The notes under the pieces: generated by a model | The model's input: the letters and a program-made list of their open reading frames with translations, nothing else | What the model was told of the DNA's origin: nothing | Database searches by the model: none | Source: Deltaproteobacteria bacterium | Lineage (GTDB): Bacteria > Myxococcota_A > Polyangia > Fen-1088 | Assembly: GCA_033763315.1 (NCBI GenBank) | Contig: JANRKS010000028.1 | Span: 64,001-128,000 of the forward strand | Direction of reading: 5' to 3' | DNA: 64,000 nt | Shown: positions 20,106-29,629 of the stretch, one piece after another | Layout of the letters: every line of letters starts with the position of its first letter | Position numbering within the stretch: the first letter of the stretch is position 1 | Position numbers and translations under genes: made by a program

Positions 20106-20204
20106 GGGAACCTTTCTTCAAGCCACGCGATAGGTCGTCCACGCGGCGAACGTTGGAGCGAGCGAGCAGCGCCTGAGCCCCATCGACGTGAGACTATGCC
20201 GCCA

Positions 20205-20218
20205 GCTAAACGCTTAGG
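20205..20218. promoter_or_regulatory. Variant operator-like site (GCTAAACGCTTAGG)
   Basis: 11/14 match to GCTAATCGATTAGC, about 100 nt upstream of DUF1592 copy 2. Confidence 0.5.
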
Positions 20219-20283
20219 CAAGGTATTTTTGCCATATCCAAGAGCGATTTGCACGTCCGCGCGCAGCGGTCTACCTTGACGAG

Positions 20284-21123
20284 ATGGACGAGGCGCTGTT
20301 TGCCATTCACCGGCGAAACAATGAGGCCACGCGCAACGCAAACAACACGTTCAGCGCACACCGTCGCCGTCTTACCAGCCTCCTCGTGCAGACTCCTGGC
20401 GGGCGGCTGGCGGTGCTGGGGGCCGGAAATGGCAATGATTTAGACTGGAACGTATTGTTAGCTGCCTTCGAGGAAGTGCACGTTTTCGACATTGACGAAG
20501 AGGCCACGTCTTACCTCTTGGACGCGCTGCCGAAATCCGCCACACCGGTGGTCGCCCATGCGCCCGTGGACCTTACGGGCACCGCATCACGCTACGCCGC
20601 ATGGCAAGCCCGACGGATCTCTCCGGAAGAATTGACTCTTGTGGCCACGGACGCGATTGAGGCCGTGGCAAGCGACATTGGTGAAACGTACGACGTCGTC
20701 GTCTCCACCTGCCTGCTATCGCAGCTTATGCACGGCGCACGCATCGCGCTTGGCGCGCAGCACGCGGACCTGCGCGCTTTGGCGGTTTGCCTGCAGCTGG
20801 GCCACCTGCGCTTGCTGTCACGTCTGTTGAACAGACATGGCAGGGCAATTTTGGTTTCAGACGTTGCGTCCAACGACGACCTCGATTTACGCCCGGTGGT
20901 GAGCTCTGAAACAGCGGCCCAGGCCATGGCCATGCTCACAGCCAACGGGCGCTGCTTTACCGGAACGGACCCTCTGCAAAGCCTTAGAATGCTTGAGACG
21001 GACGAAGTGCTTGCCACACAGGTGGACGCCCAGCTGCCGCTCAATGCGTGGGTCTGGCAGATGTCCGCTGTCAGGTCCTATCTGGTGGCGGCGCTGACAT
21101 TCGCACGAAAAACGTTGACCTAA
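20284..21123 (+). CDS. Class I SAM-dependent methyltransferase-like protein
   Basis: LAVLGAGNGND, VHVFDID, YDVVVSTCLLSQL. Confidence 0.7.
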   Translation: MDEALFAIHRRNNEATRNANNTFSAHRRRLTSLLVQTPGGRLAVLGAGNGNDLDWNVLLAAFEEVHVFDIDEEATSYLLDALPKSATPVVAHAPVDLTGTASRYAAWQARRISPEELTLVATDAIEAVASDIGETYDVVVSTCLLSQLMHGARIALGAQHADLRALAVCLQLGHLRLLSRLLNRHGRAILVSDVASNDDLDLRPVVSSETAAQAMAMLTANGRCFTGTDPLQSLRMLETDEVLATQVDAQLPLNAWVWQMSAVRSYLVAALTFARKTLT

Positions 21124-21132
21124 TCGATTAGC
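21119..21132. promoter_or_regulatory. LacI-type operator-like palindrome, copy 3 (CCTAATCGATTAGC)
   Basis: Exact TAATCGATTAGC at 21121-21132; overlaps the methyltransferase stop, about 90 nt upstream of DUF1592 copy 3. Confidence 0.65.
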
Positions 21133-21221
21133 TGTGACAGTTTTGGGAACACCGCACTCGTAAGAGTCAGGTCGTCATGAGGGCGCAGCTCCGTGACGCA
21201 ACCACGCACGGGAGAACAGGT

Positions 21222-22949
21222 ATGAGTGGTTCTGTTTTCAGCAAAGGCTCGCTACGAGCGCTGGGGTTTTGGCTTTGCTGCCATGGAGCGGTGGCATGCA
21301 CGGGCGTTTCATCCAACGAAGGCGGTGGCCAGGGTGGCGACGGCAACGAGGCCGGCAGCCCGGGCAACGGCGGCAACGGCGGCGATGACCAGGGCGATCA
21401 ATCTGGCGGAGGTGGTGCAAACGGCGCGCAGAAATTTGCAGGCACCACGTGGCGGCGTTTGACCGCTGCGCAGCTCAACAACAGTTTGGCGGATCTGTTT
21501 GGCACCGGTCTCGCCGCCGGCGCCCCAGATCCGGACATTCGCGAGCACAACTTCCTTAGCATCGGCGCCGCACTCACGAACACATCATCGGGAGGCGTTG
21601 AGAAGCTGCAAACGCTGTCGCATGAGTTGGCTGAAAAGATTGCGCTCGATCCAAACCGCCGCAAGCTTTGGTTCGCATGCGATCCAAAGACGGACTTCGG
21701 CGCGTGCGTCTCGGCCTCATTGAAGAAACTGGGCGTCGCTATGTTCCGGCAGCCGCTGCCGAATGAAACTCTTGCTGGGTTGCTGGCATTGGCAGAACAA
21801 GCAAAGACAAGTTTCGGTGATCCTTGGATTGGCGTGCAGTACGCGCTTGCCGCGATGATGCAATCCCCCCGCTTTTTCTACATACAAGAGAAAGTGCGCG
21901 GCGACGCGAAGCCTGGGGAAAGTGTGGCACTCGATGGCTACAGCGTTGCGAGCCGCTTGTCGTTCCTGCTGTGGAACACAACACCGGATGCGGAACTGTT
22001 AGCGGCTGCGGACAAGGGCGAGCTTGATTCCGACAGTGGCATCGAAACACAAACCACGCGCTTGCTGCAAAGTCCGCGCGCCAAGCAAGGCTTCCGGGAA
22101 TTTTTTGCTTCCGCGTGGGGCATTCACAAAGCAGCCAACCGCAGCTTCGACGTGGAGGCATACCCGATGCTCGCGGCCACAGTCGGCGCTTCAGCGCTGG
22201 AAGAAGCGTTGCGGTTCATCGAAACTCACATCATCGACGGCGGCAAACCGTTGGGTCAAGCGTTGCTCTCGAACGAAACATTCGTGAACAGAGACGTTGC
22301 TCCGATTTACGGGCTGCCCGCTTTGCCCGGACCCGCTTACGCCAAAACCACTTTGCCTGCCTCGGCCAAACGGCACGGTTTCTTCACGCATACGGCTTTC
22401 TTGATCGCAAACTCAACGCCCATCGATACGCAGCCTATGCTGCGTGGCCGCACCGTGCGGGAGAATCTGTTGTGTCAGCAGATACCAGATCCCCCCGCCA
22501 ATCTAATGGCACAGCTTCCGCCGCTGGAGCCAGGCAAGAAGCAGACAAAACGAGAGCGGTTGGCCGTTCATCGCGAAGATCCTTTCTGCGCCAGCTGTCA
22601 CGATCCCATCGATCCACCCGGGCTGGCGCTTGAAAACTACGATGCCGCCGGCTTTCACCGCAGCAGCGAAGACGGCTTGGCGATCGACGCCAAAGGTGAT
22701 CTTGACGGTGCCGCTTTTGACAACCCTGAGGGCTTCGTCAAAGCCATCATCGGGCACCCGGCGTTCTATCCCTGCTTCGTCACCAACCTTTATCGCCATG
22801 CTACCGCACATGTTGAGACAGCCGACGAAGAGGAGGCGCTCGCTACACTTGCCAACGAGTTCGTTGACGACCAGGCCAATGTGCCACGGCTTTTATCGAA
22901 GCTCACGCGCAGCCGGCTTTTCACCCACGGCACCATGCCCGCCCTTTGA
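21222..22949 (+). CDS. DUF1592/DUF1588 c-type heme lipoprotein, copy 3
   Basis: GGAG RBS before ATG 21222; lipobox AVAC; WRRLTAAQLNN, QSPRFFY, VASRLSFLLWNTTPD, RG...LLC, CASCH..IDPPGLALENYD. Confidence 0.9.
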   Translation: MSGSVFSKGSLRALGFWLCCHGAVACTGVSSNEGGGQGGDGNEAGSPGNGGNGGDDQGDQSGGGGANGAQKFAGTTWRRLTAAQLNNSLADLFGTGLAAGAPDPDIREHNFLSIGAALTNTSSGGVEKLQTLSHELAEKIALDPNRRKLWFACDPKTDFGACVSASLKKLGVAMFRQPLPNETLAGLLALAEQAKTSFGDPWIGVQYALAAMMQSPRFFYIQEKVRGDAKPGESVALDGYSVASRLSFLLWNTTPDAELLAAADKGELDSDSGIETQTTRLLQSPRAKQGFREFFASAWGIHKAANRSFDVEAYPMLAATVGASALEEALRFIETHIIDGGKPLGQALLSNETFVNRDVAPIYGLPALPGPAYAKTTLPASAKRHGFFTHTAFLIANSTPIDTQPMLRGRTVRENLLCQQIPDPPANLMAQLPPLEPGKKQTKRERLAVHREDPFCASCHDPIDPPGLALENYDAAGFHRSSEDGLAIDAKGDLDGAAFDNPEGFVKAIIGHPAFYPCFVTNLYRHATAHVETADEEEALATLANEFVDDQANVPRLLSKLTRSRLFTHGTMPAL

Positions 22950-22970
22950 AGGTTCGAGGAGAAAATCGAC

Positions 22971-24326
22971 ATGAAGTTCAATCCGCTTTCTCGACGACGT
23001 TTTTTGGGCGGCAGCCTGGGCGCTAGCGTGCTTCACGTGGCGCTCCCGCGGTTGTCACCGATGCTTGATAGCCACGGCGTGGCATGGGCCAACGGTGACA
23101 AGCCGCTTCGCTACCTCACGTTTGGCTTCGGCTGTGGCGTGGTGACACAACACTGGAACCCCACAGCTTATGGGCAAGGCAGCGCCTGGTCACTGCCTCC
23201 CGCTCTTGCCCCCCTGGCCAAGTGGAAGTCGCACATGAGCGTGGTGACCGCGGTGAACGTGGAAGGGGCAGGCTCACACGGCACGGGCAACATCGTCTAT
23301 TTGTCAGGTGCGCGCGCCAGCCGTAGTACGGGCCCTTCCCTTCCCACATTGGATCAACAGATTGGCGCGAAGACCAAAGCATTCACGCCGCTGAAGTCTT
23401 TAGAGGTGGGCCTCATCGACAACCAAGACGATCGCACCGTGGGGCACCTATACTGGTCGCACAACGGCCCGAAGAGCCCTAATCCTCCTCTGTTTGATCC
23501 CAAGGCCGTGTTCGATAGGTTGTTTGGCGCCGGCACAAATACGACGCAGCCTGACCCGCAGGCCGCGCAGACCGCAGAGAAGATCCGTGGCATGAAGAAG
23601 AGCGTGCTCGACTTCGTGGCTGAAGACGCCCAACGTCTGCGGGCTGAACTGCCCGCGTCCGATAAGCGGCGGCTAGATCAACACCTCACGGCAGTCCGCG
23701 AGCTTGAACAACGCTTAAGCAAACCAGTAAGCAGCGATGGTGGCACGCAACCTCCATCCTGCAAAACGCCTGGAGCCGTGGCAGCCTCAGCGCCGCCAAA
23801 CAGCTTTGCGGGCGCTGATAAGATCGTGCAGCCGATGGCAAAGCTGATGGCACTGGCGTTCGCGTGTGACATCACCCGCGTCGGCACGTTCCAAACCACA
23901 CAAGCCGCTTCACGTGCGAGTTGGTCGGATCTCGGCATTGCCAATTGGCATGGCACCTCCCATGACGGCTCGGCCGCCGGGCAAGAAAAGATCCAAAAAG
24001 TGGTCGTCAAGCACATGGAGTGGCTGAAGGTCCTTGCCACTGAGTTCGAGCAAACACCCGATGGCGCAGGTAATCTGCTCGACGCTTGCGCCATCTTGAC
24101 TGTGAACGAGGTGGGGCAAGGCTGGACGCACCAAAGCTCGGAGATGCCCACGCTGATTCTGGGCAAAGCCGGCGGCAACCTCAAAGGAGACGTCGCGCTC
24201 CGCTTGGGCGGCTGGTGCGGCAAAGTGTGTTTGACCGTGGCGCACGCCGTGGGTGTTCCCTTGACCAGCTTCGGTGGCGGCGGCACGGTTGAAACACAAC
24301 CCATCGCGGCCCTGCTCAATGTTTAA
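22971..24326 (+). CDS. Tat-exported DUF1552 protein, copy 3
   Basis: SRRRFL; TLDQQIG, KSVLDFV, RLDQHLTAVRELE, AFACDITRV, WHGTSHD. Confidence 0.9.
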   Translation: MKFNPLSRRRFLGGSLGASVLHVALPRLSPMLDSHGVAWANGDKPLRYLTFGFGCGVVTQHWNPTAYGQGSAWSLPPALAPLAKWKSHMSVVTAVNVEGAGSHGTGNIVYLSGARASRSTGPSLPTLDQQIGAKTKAFTPLKSLEVGLIDNQDDRTVGHLYWSHNGPKSPNPPLFDPKAVFDRLFGAGTNTTQPDPQAAQTAEKIRGMKKSVLDFVAEDAQRLRAELPASDKRRLDQHLTAVRELEQRLSKPVSSDGGTQPPSCKTPGAVAASAPPNSFAGADKIVQPMAKLMALAFACDITRVGTFQTTQAASRASWSDLGIANWHGTSHDGSAAGQEKIQKVVVKHMEWLKVLATEFEQTPDGAGNLLDACAILTVNEVGQGWTHQSSEMPTLILGKAGGNLKGDVALRLGGWCGKVCLTVAHAVGVPLTSFGGGGTVETQPIAALLNV

Positions 24327-24396
24327 GCCGTTTTGGTGTTCACGCCCGCCGACGTGACCAGCCCTCGAGGTCGCGCCCTCGACGCGCATATAGGGC

Positions 24397-25425
24397 TCAG
24401 AGCTTTCGTTTTTGTGGGTTTGCCAAACTTGCAATCGAGGCCGGTGGTTTACCAGTAAGCGTTCTAAGGAACGCCACTATGTCATCCACCTCGTTGGGCT
24501 CAAGGATGATGCCCAGCTGAACCTCGGCCATCACTTTGACCGCCTCGGCCAAGGTGGCCGCTGAAGCGTTATGAAAGTAGGGCCCCGTCAACTCAACGTT
24601 GCGCAACGTTGGCACTTTGAACCGGTGCAAATCAGCTTTGCTCTTTGTGACGTTGAAGCGCCCCATGTCCCGGCGTTGCGTGCTGCCGGCCCCTTTTAAG
24701 AACGAAGGTTTGCCAACCACGCCAAACCGCTCGAAGGAGACGCCCCCCAAGTTGGAGCCATTGTGGCATTTGTCACAGGACCGTTTTTGAAAGGCCTCGA
24801 ACCCGCGCAGCTCTTGAGCGTTCAGCGCCTTTTTGTTTCCAAGCAAATATCGGTCGAACTTTGAATCGAGGGTGATTAACGATTTCTCAAAAGTGGCAAT
24901 CGCGTCCCGTACGTTTGAAGGAGTCACGCCGTCTTTGTATTTCTTTTGAAACGCGGTGGCGTAAGTGGCGTCGCGCGAAAGGCGCTCGATCACCACAGGC
25001 CACTCGGCCGCCATCTCAGCTGGGTTCGTGACAGGACCGTCAACCTGTTCAACGAGATCAGCGGCGCGGCCATCCCAGAATTGTTTGAAGTTGTTGGCCG
25101 CGTTGAAGACCGTGGGCGAATTTAGCTCACCGACCCGACCTCCCACACCCACAGAAAAGGGTCGCGGATCGTGGCCACCTGTGGCCAGGTCGTGACAAGA
25201 GGCGCACGACAAGGTTTCGTCCTTCGACAGCTTTGTTTCGAAGAATAAGCGGCGGCCGAGGGCCACCTTCTCTGTGTCCAACCCTTTGGGAGCCACAAGT
25301 GGTTCGAAAAGCTCGGCATGCGCCCCAGAACACACGCCTGCAAACAAGGCAAAGGCCAGAACGACTTTGGGGCAGGTTTTGGTCACGCTCACGAGAAACG
25401 CATCGACGAGACGAAGTTGTAACAT
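24397..25425 (-). CDS. Di-heme cytochrome c peroxidase (bCcP/MauG superfamily)
   Basis: CASCH and CDKCH; NSPTVFN, QFWDGRA..L.EQ..GP..NP.EM, FKVPTLRN...GPYFH; signal peptide ending AHA. Start is approximate. Confidence 0.9.
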   Translation of the reverse strand: MLQLRLVDAFLVSVTKTCPKVVLAFALFAGVCSGAHAELFEPLVAPKGLDTEKVALGRRLFFETKLSKDETLSCASCHDLATGGHDPRPFSVGVGGRVGELNSPTVFNAANNFKQFWDGRAADLVEQVDGPVTNPAEMAAEWPVVIERLSRDATYATAFQKKYKDGVTPSNVRDAIATFEKSLITLDSKFDRYLLGNKKALNAQELRGFEAFQKRSCDKCHNGSNLGGVSFERFGVVGKPSFLKGAGSTQRRDMGRFNVTKSKADLHRFKVPTLRNVELTGPYFHNASAATLAEAVKVMAEVQLGIILEPNEVDDIVAFLRTLTGKPPASIASLANPQKRKL

Positions 25426-25438
25426 TAGGGCCTTCGTG

Positions 25439-27499
25439 TCACGCGACGGCTTGTTCGAGCGTTCCAAACACCGAGCCCGTGTTGGGGAACGTAAATACAA
25501 ACGCTGTGCCTCGGCCTTGCGCCGTTACCACTTTTACCTTGCCGCCCAAGAGTTGGGTGGCCGCCTTGACCGCAGCCAAGCCAACCCCGCGCCCTGAAGT
25601 CACGGTGACCTCGTCGGCCGTGGATACGCCATCGTGAAACAAGGCGTTTTCCAGATCCTGTGGGGTGCTGCTGGGCAGACCCGCGGCTGCGGCTTTGCGA
25701 GCCACCTTTTCCCAGTCAACGCCGCGGCCATCCTCTTCAACCCGAAGTTCAAATGAATCTGGTAGCGCCTGAACTTCCAATCGCAGCGTGGCCGCATCCG
25801 GCTTTCCGACCGCGCGGCGCTGCTCCAACGTTTCAACACCGTGATCCACAGCGTTTCTTATCAAATGTGAAAAAGCATTCCAAAATGGCGCCCAGGTGGC
25901 TGGATCTAAGCGCACGCCGCCGTCGTCGATCTTGACCTCAAGGGGAGCCTTGCCAAGGCGGACTGAAAGTTTTTGCGCCTGTTCACCAAACCGGTGAAGG
26001 CGCGCGGCTACGGGATCCATCGTCCAAGATGAGATCCACCGTTCCAAGGCCTCGACCGGTGCGCGCTGGCGCAAACGTTCGATAAGCAAACGATGATCTT
26101 CCACAGAAATCTCAACCGCCTTAATGGCTTTGTTACCCAGAAGGTCAGCAATGGCGTTGGCCGATCTGTCCCATTCGCGCCGAATGCTTTGCCGATCGAT
26201 GTCGCTCAAAGAACGCGACTCTTCATCAATGGCTGTCTCCAACCCGTGGCAAAGCGTGGCCAATGAATCAATGCCAAACAGCGCACAGATCCCTTTGAGG
26301 GTGTGAACCAACCGCTTCTCGGTTGCCAAGTCCTTGGGGCCTTCATAGATCTGCTGCGCAAGCGTCTGCGCTTCGTTTAGAAATTCAAGCACGCCCGTTC
26401 GATCCTGAGCGATGCGCTGGAAAATGCGCATCATCTCCCGTTGCTCCTTTTCCGCGCGCTCGTGAGCCAGTTGTTCGGTGATGTCGCTGACCACCAGCAA
26501 AAGGCCCGAGGGAATTTCGCCAGAACCAAGAGGGATATAGGAGATCTGCAGCTCGCGCGCGTTGGCCGTGATGTGTTTCGGCATCTGGTCCAAAGCCAGT
26601 TCAGCAGGCAAAAAACCATCCCGCACCTGCTCCAGGCCCATGCCAAAGGCACTCGCCACACGCGCGTCGATCGGCTGCACAAGGCTTTGGAACGTAGCCT
26701 GGTCTTGCGCGTTGCCAAACCATTTGTCCATCATGGCGGACCGCTCAGGAGCCATAACCCCTTGCAGATCTATCATGGCCAAACCCTGCGCCACGTTGTT
26801 CAGAACCACGCGCATACCTTGATTCGCTTTGTCCAGCTGCGAGGTGCGCTCGGCAACCATGCGCTCGAGGCCGGCCGCATAACCAGCCAACTGTTTGTCA
26901 CGCGCCAAGATGGCCCGCGTGAAGAACACAACGAACCCGATCCCGCCAAACAAAGCAAGGAGGCCGGCCACCGCGGTGGCAGCTTTGACCTTCTGAAGCA
27001 GCGAGCGGCTTTCCACCAACCGGCGGGTGCTGACCACAACGCCAACGCTGCCCACTTGGTTGGTTTCAACGAACGATTTGGACCAAGACGAAATGTAGGA
27101 ATCGTTGGTCACGATGGTGTCGGGTTTGGTCCCGAACAACTTCTCGTTGGCCAGTGGACTTGTCCCGAAGGTCAGGACGGGCTCGCCCTTGGCGTTAACC
27201 GCAACGATGGCAAGAATGTCGTCGCTCTTCTTGAAGTCGGCGATGGCATCCTCGACCATCGCCTTATCGTCGATCGCGAGGCCAAGCTCCGCGGTGCGTG
27301 CGATCTCTGCGGCGCCTCTCTGCGCCTTCCACTGCAGATCGCTGCGCACCCCTGGGCCGAAATTGTCGAAGATCCTTTGCAGCATCAGGAATGTACCCGC
27401 TGCAAACACCAGAACCGACGCGGTGAGCACAACGATGATCAGGCGCCGAAGGCTTTCCACCTTTAGCCCCGCTTTGACGTCACTCTTTACCATTATCAC
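25439..27499 (-). CDS. Membrane-bound CheA-like histidine kinase (TM-periplasmic-TM, PAS-like, Hpt, HATPase; no CheW domain)
   Basis: Two TMs; Hpt motif RLVHTLKG; CheA-type boxes HLIRNAVDHG, EDGRG, LFHDGVST, SGRGVGL; the protein ends right after the HATPase. Confidence 0.85.
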   Translation of the reverse strand: MIMVKSDVKAGLKVESLRRLIIVVLTASVLVFAAGTFLMLQRIFDNFGPGVRSDLQWKAQRGAAEIARTAELGLAIDDKAMVEDAIADFKKSDDILAIVAVNAKGEPVLTFGTSPLANEKLFGTKPDTIVTNDSYISSWSKSFVETNQVGSVGVVVSTRRLVESRSLLQKVKAATAVAGLLALFGGIGFVVFFTRAILARDKQLAGYAAGLERMVAERTSQLDKANQGMRVVLNNVAQGLAMIDLQGVMAPERSAMMDKWFGNAQDQATFQSLVQPIDARVASAFGMGLEQVRDGFLPAELALDQMPKHITANARELQISYIPLGSGEIPSGLLLVVSDITEQLAHERAEKEQREMMRIFQRIAQDRTGVLEFLNEAQTLAQQIYEGPKDLATEKRLVHTLKGICALFGIDSLATLCHGLETAIDEESRSLSDIDRQSIRREWDRSANAIADLLGNKAIKAVEISVEDHRLLIERLRQRAPVEALERWISSWTMDPVAARLHRFGEQAQKLSVRLGKAPLEVKIDDGGVRLDPATWAPFWNAFSHLIRNAVDHGVETLEQRRAVGKPDAATLRLEVQALPDSFELRVEEDGRGVDWEKVARKAAAAGLPSSTPQDLENALFHDGVSTADEVTVTSGRGVGLAAVKAATQLLGGKVKVVTAQGRGTAFVFTFPNTGSVFGTLEQAVA

Positions 27500-27632
27500 T
27501 CCCGCAATGGATCCTCAGGCACCGCTGCTCCGCCCTTGATGGCATCGGCGTGCCGCACCGCTCGCTTAAGCCAACCCTCCGTATGGCAAACGACTCAAGT
27601 CTGATTGCGCGCCGCCCGATGCAAAACCACGC

Positions 27633-28265
27633 ATGAAAGAGACGCGCATGTTGGCGATGGGCACAGGGATCTTAGGGGCGTTGGTCGCGGCCCTGTTGAG
27701 CTCTTGTCTCATCGATGATTCGGAACGCTGCGGCCCCAACCAAGTCTATGACTCGCATATGGGCTGCGCGTGTGAAGCGGGGTCCGTTAAGACCGACACC
27801 GGTTGCATCAAGTGCGGCGCCAATGAGGTTGCCAAGAGCACCGCTTGCGAATGTGCGGAAGGATTTGCCCGTAATCCAGCCACAAAGTTGTGCGAGGCCG
27901 GTAGCCCTTGTGGAACCGCGTGCGACGCAGCGAAACCGCGCTGTGTGGCCGCCAAAGGTGGCGCTTATTGCGCCGCCGCCGGATGCACCAAAGAGGCAGG
28001 TTGTGCAACGGGTGAAACCTGCGCCGTGTGGGATGCAAACCCTTACTGCATGCGTGCTCCCACGGGCGTCGGCAAAACGTGTGCGGCCGCGGCGGATTGC
28101 GCGGGCCAAGACGCCGACTTTTGCGAGGCGACCCAATCCAAGATGTGCCTGCCCAGTGGCTGCACGCCCAGCAAAAACGATTGCGCGACGGGGAACTCGT
28201 GTTGCGATCTGTCCGCCTTCGGCTTGACCACGCTGTGTGTCCCCACAGGGAGCTGCCCGATATGA
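27633..28265 (+). CDS. Highly Cys-rich lipoprotein
   Basis: Lipobox LSSC; more than 20 Cys in EGF-like spacings; stop overlaps the porin ATG (ATGA). Confidence 0.8.
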   Translation: MKETRMLAMGTGILGALVAALLSSCLIDDSERCGPNQVYDSHMGCACEAGSVKTDTGCIKCGANEVAKSTACECAEGFARNPATKLCEAGSPCGTACDAAKPRCVAAKGGAYCAAAGCTKEAGCATGETCAVWDANPYCMRAPTGVGKTCAAAADCAGQDADFCEATQSKMCLPSGCTPSKNDCATGNSCCDLSAFGLTTLCVPTGSCPI

Positions 28266-29617
28266 AAACTTCAAAGTTGCTCGCCAACGTTCTTCTTTGC
28301 ACACTAAGCGCGCCAGCCTGGGCACAGGCACCCGATGCCCAACCGGTGCAGGCCGAAGCACCAGCAGCGCCAGCGACCGAACAAGCAGCACCGCCTGCCC
28401 CCGCTCCCGCCGACGCGCCAAGCGAAGCGGCTGCCCCATCGCCCGCGACCGAGGAAAGCATCGATCTTGCGGCCTTGGGCATCAGCGACGCCAGTGGAGG
28501 TTCAGCGCAAACAGCCGCCGATTCACCGCTGCAGTTTTATGGCTTCGCTGATTTTGGTGTGATGGCGCCGCTATACAAGAAGGACAGCTTGTGGAGTGGT
28601 GCCTATGCCCCCAGTTACAGCTCTGCAGCGATGGGGAACCTCAACCTGTACCTAGCCAAACAACTCGACACGAAGTGGCGCGCTTTGACCGAGGTCAGGT
28701 TCCACTATGCGCCCTTCCAGTCTTATGACGACCCCGCTGACAGTTATCGTCCAGCCATCCTAGGTGCGATGGAGATCGAGCGCGCGCACATCGATTATCA
28801 AGCGCATCAATGGCTCAATGTGCGAGCGGGACAATGGCTCACACCCTATGGCATCTGGAACGTGGATCACGGCACGCCAACTCTGATAGCGATTCGCAGA
28901 CCGTACTCCATCGGTGAGCAGCTGTTTCCCGAGCGCCAAACGGGCTTGTTGGCCTTTGGTGGAGATTACGTAGGCCCCGTTCGTCTCGGCTACCACTTCG
29001 GCGTGTCGAACGGCCGTGGCCCGCGTGATTCCGTTGTGGATTTGGACAAAAATAAGGCCGTCACGGCGCGCGTCGACCTTGCCTATGGTGGCAGCATCGG
29101 AGACGTGAAGTTGGGTTTCACGTTCTTCAGAGGCAAATACACAGCGGCGGGCGCGCCGAAGGTCGATTTTGCCACCGGCAAAAGCCAAGAAATGTTGACG
29201 ACCGTTTACGATGAGCAATCGGTGGGCGCCGATCTGCAGTACGACTTCAAAGGCTTCGTGCTGCGCTCTGAGTTCCTCTACAACGAGCGCAAGTTCCAAG
29301 ATCCTTATCGGCCGCGAAACGACTCGGGGCTGTTCGCACCTAATTCTTCACGCTGGGGGGCGTACGGGCTGGCGGGATATCGCATCCCTGTCATCAATCT
29401 GATGCCTTACTTTCTCGTGGAACGCTATAGCTTCGGCCAGGGGCAAAAATACATCCCGAACGCCGGGATCTATTACATTGGCCTTAATTGGCAGATCGTG
29501 CCGAGCGTCGTCGCCAAGGCCGAGTTCATCGTTGTGCAGTTTCCTGGCTCCGATCCGCTCATCGATCAGGCCGGCAAGATGCGCTTCTTGTCAACGCAAC
29601 TTGCGTGGGCGTTCTAA
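28262..29617 (+). CDS. Outer-membrane porin-like beta-barrel
   Basis: Signal peptide ending AWA, Pro/Ala linker, FYGFADF, IERAHIDY...VRAGQWLTPYGIWNVDHG, C-terminal QLAWAF. Confidence 0.8.
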   Translation: MKTSKLLANVLLCTLSAPAWAQAPDAQPVQAEAPAAPATEQAAPPAPAPADAPSEAAAPSPATEESIDLAALGISDASGGSAQTAADSPLQFYGFADFGVMAPLYKKDSLWSGAYAPSYSSAAMGNLNLYLAKQLDTKWRALTEVRFHYAPFQSYDDPADSYRPAILGAMEIERAHIDYQAHQWLNVRAGQWLTPYGIWNVDHGTPTLIAIRRPYSIGEQLFPERQTGLLAFGGDYVGPVRLGYHFGVSNGRGPRDSVVDLDKNKAVTARVDLAYGGSIGDVKLGFTFFRGKYTAAGAPKVDFATGKSQEMLTTVYDEQSVGADLQYDFKGFVLRSEFLYNERKFQDPYRPRNDSGLFAPNSSRWGAYGLAGYRIPVINLMPYFLVERYSFGQGQKYIPNAGIYYIGLNWQIVPSVVAKAEFIVVQFPGSDPLIDQAGKMRFLSTQLAWAF

Positions 29618-29629
29618 GGAACCAACACC

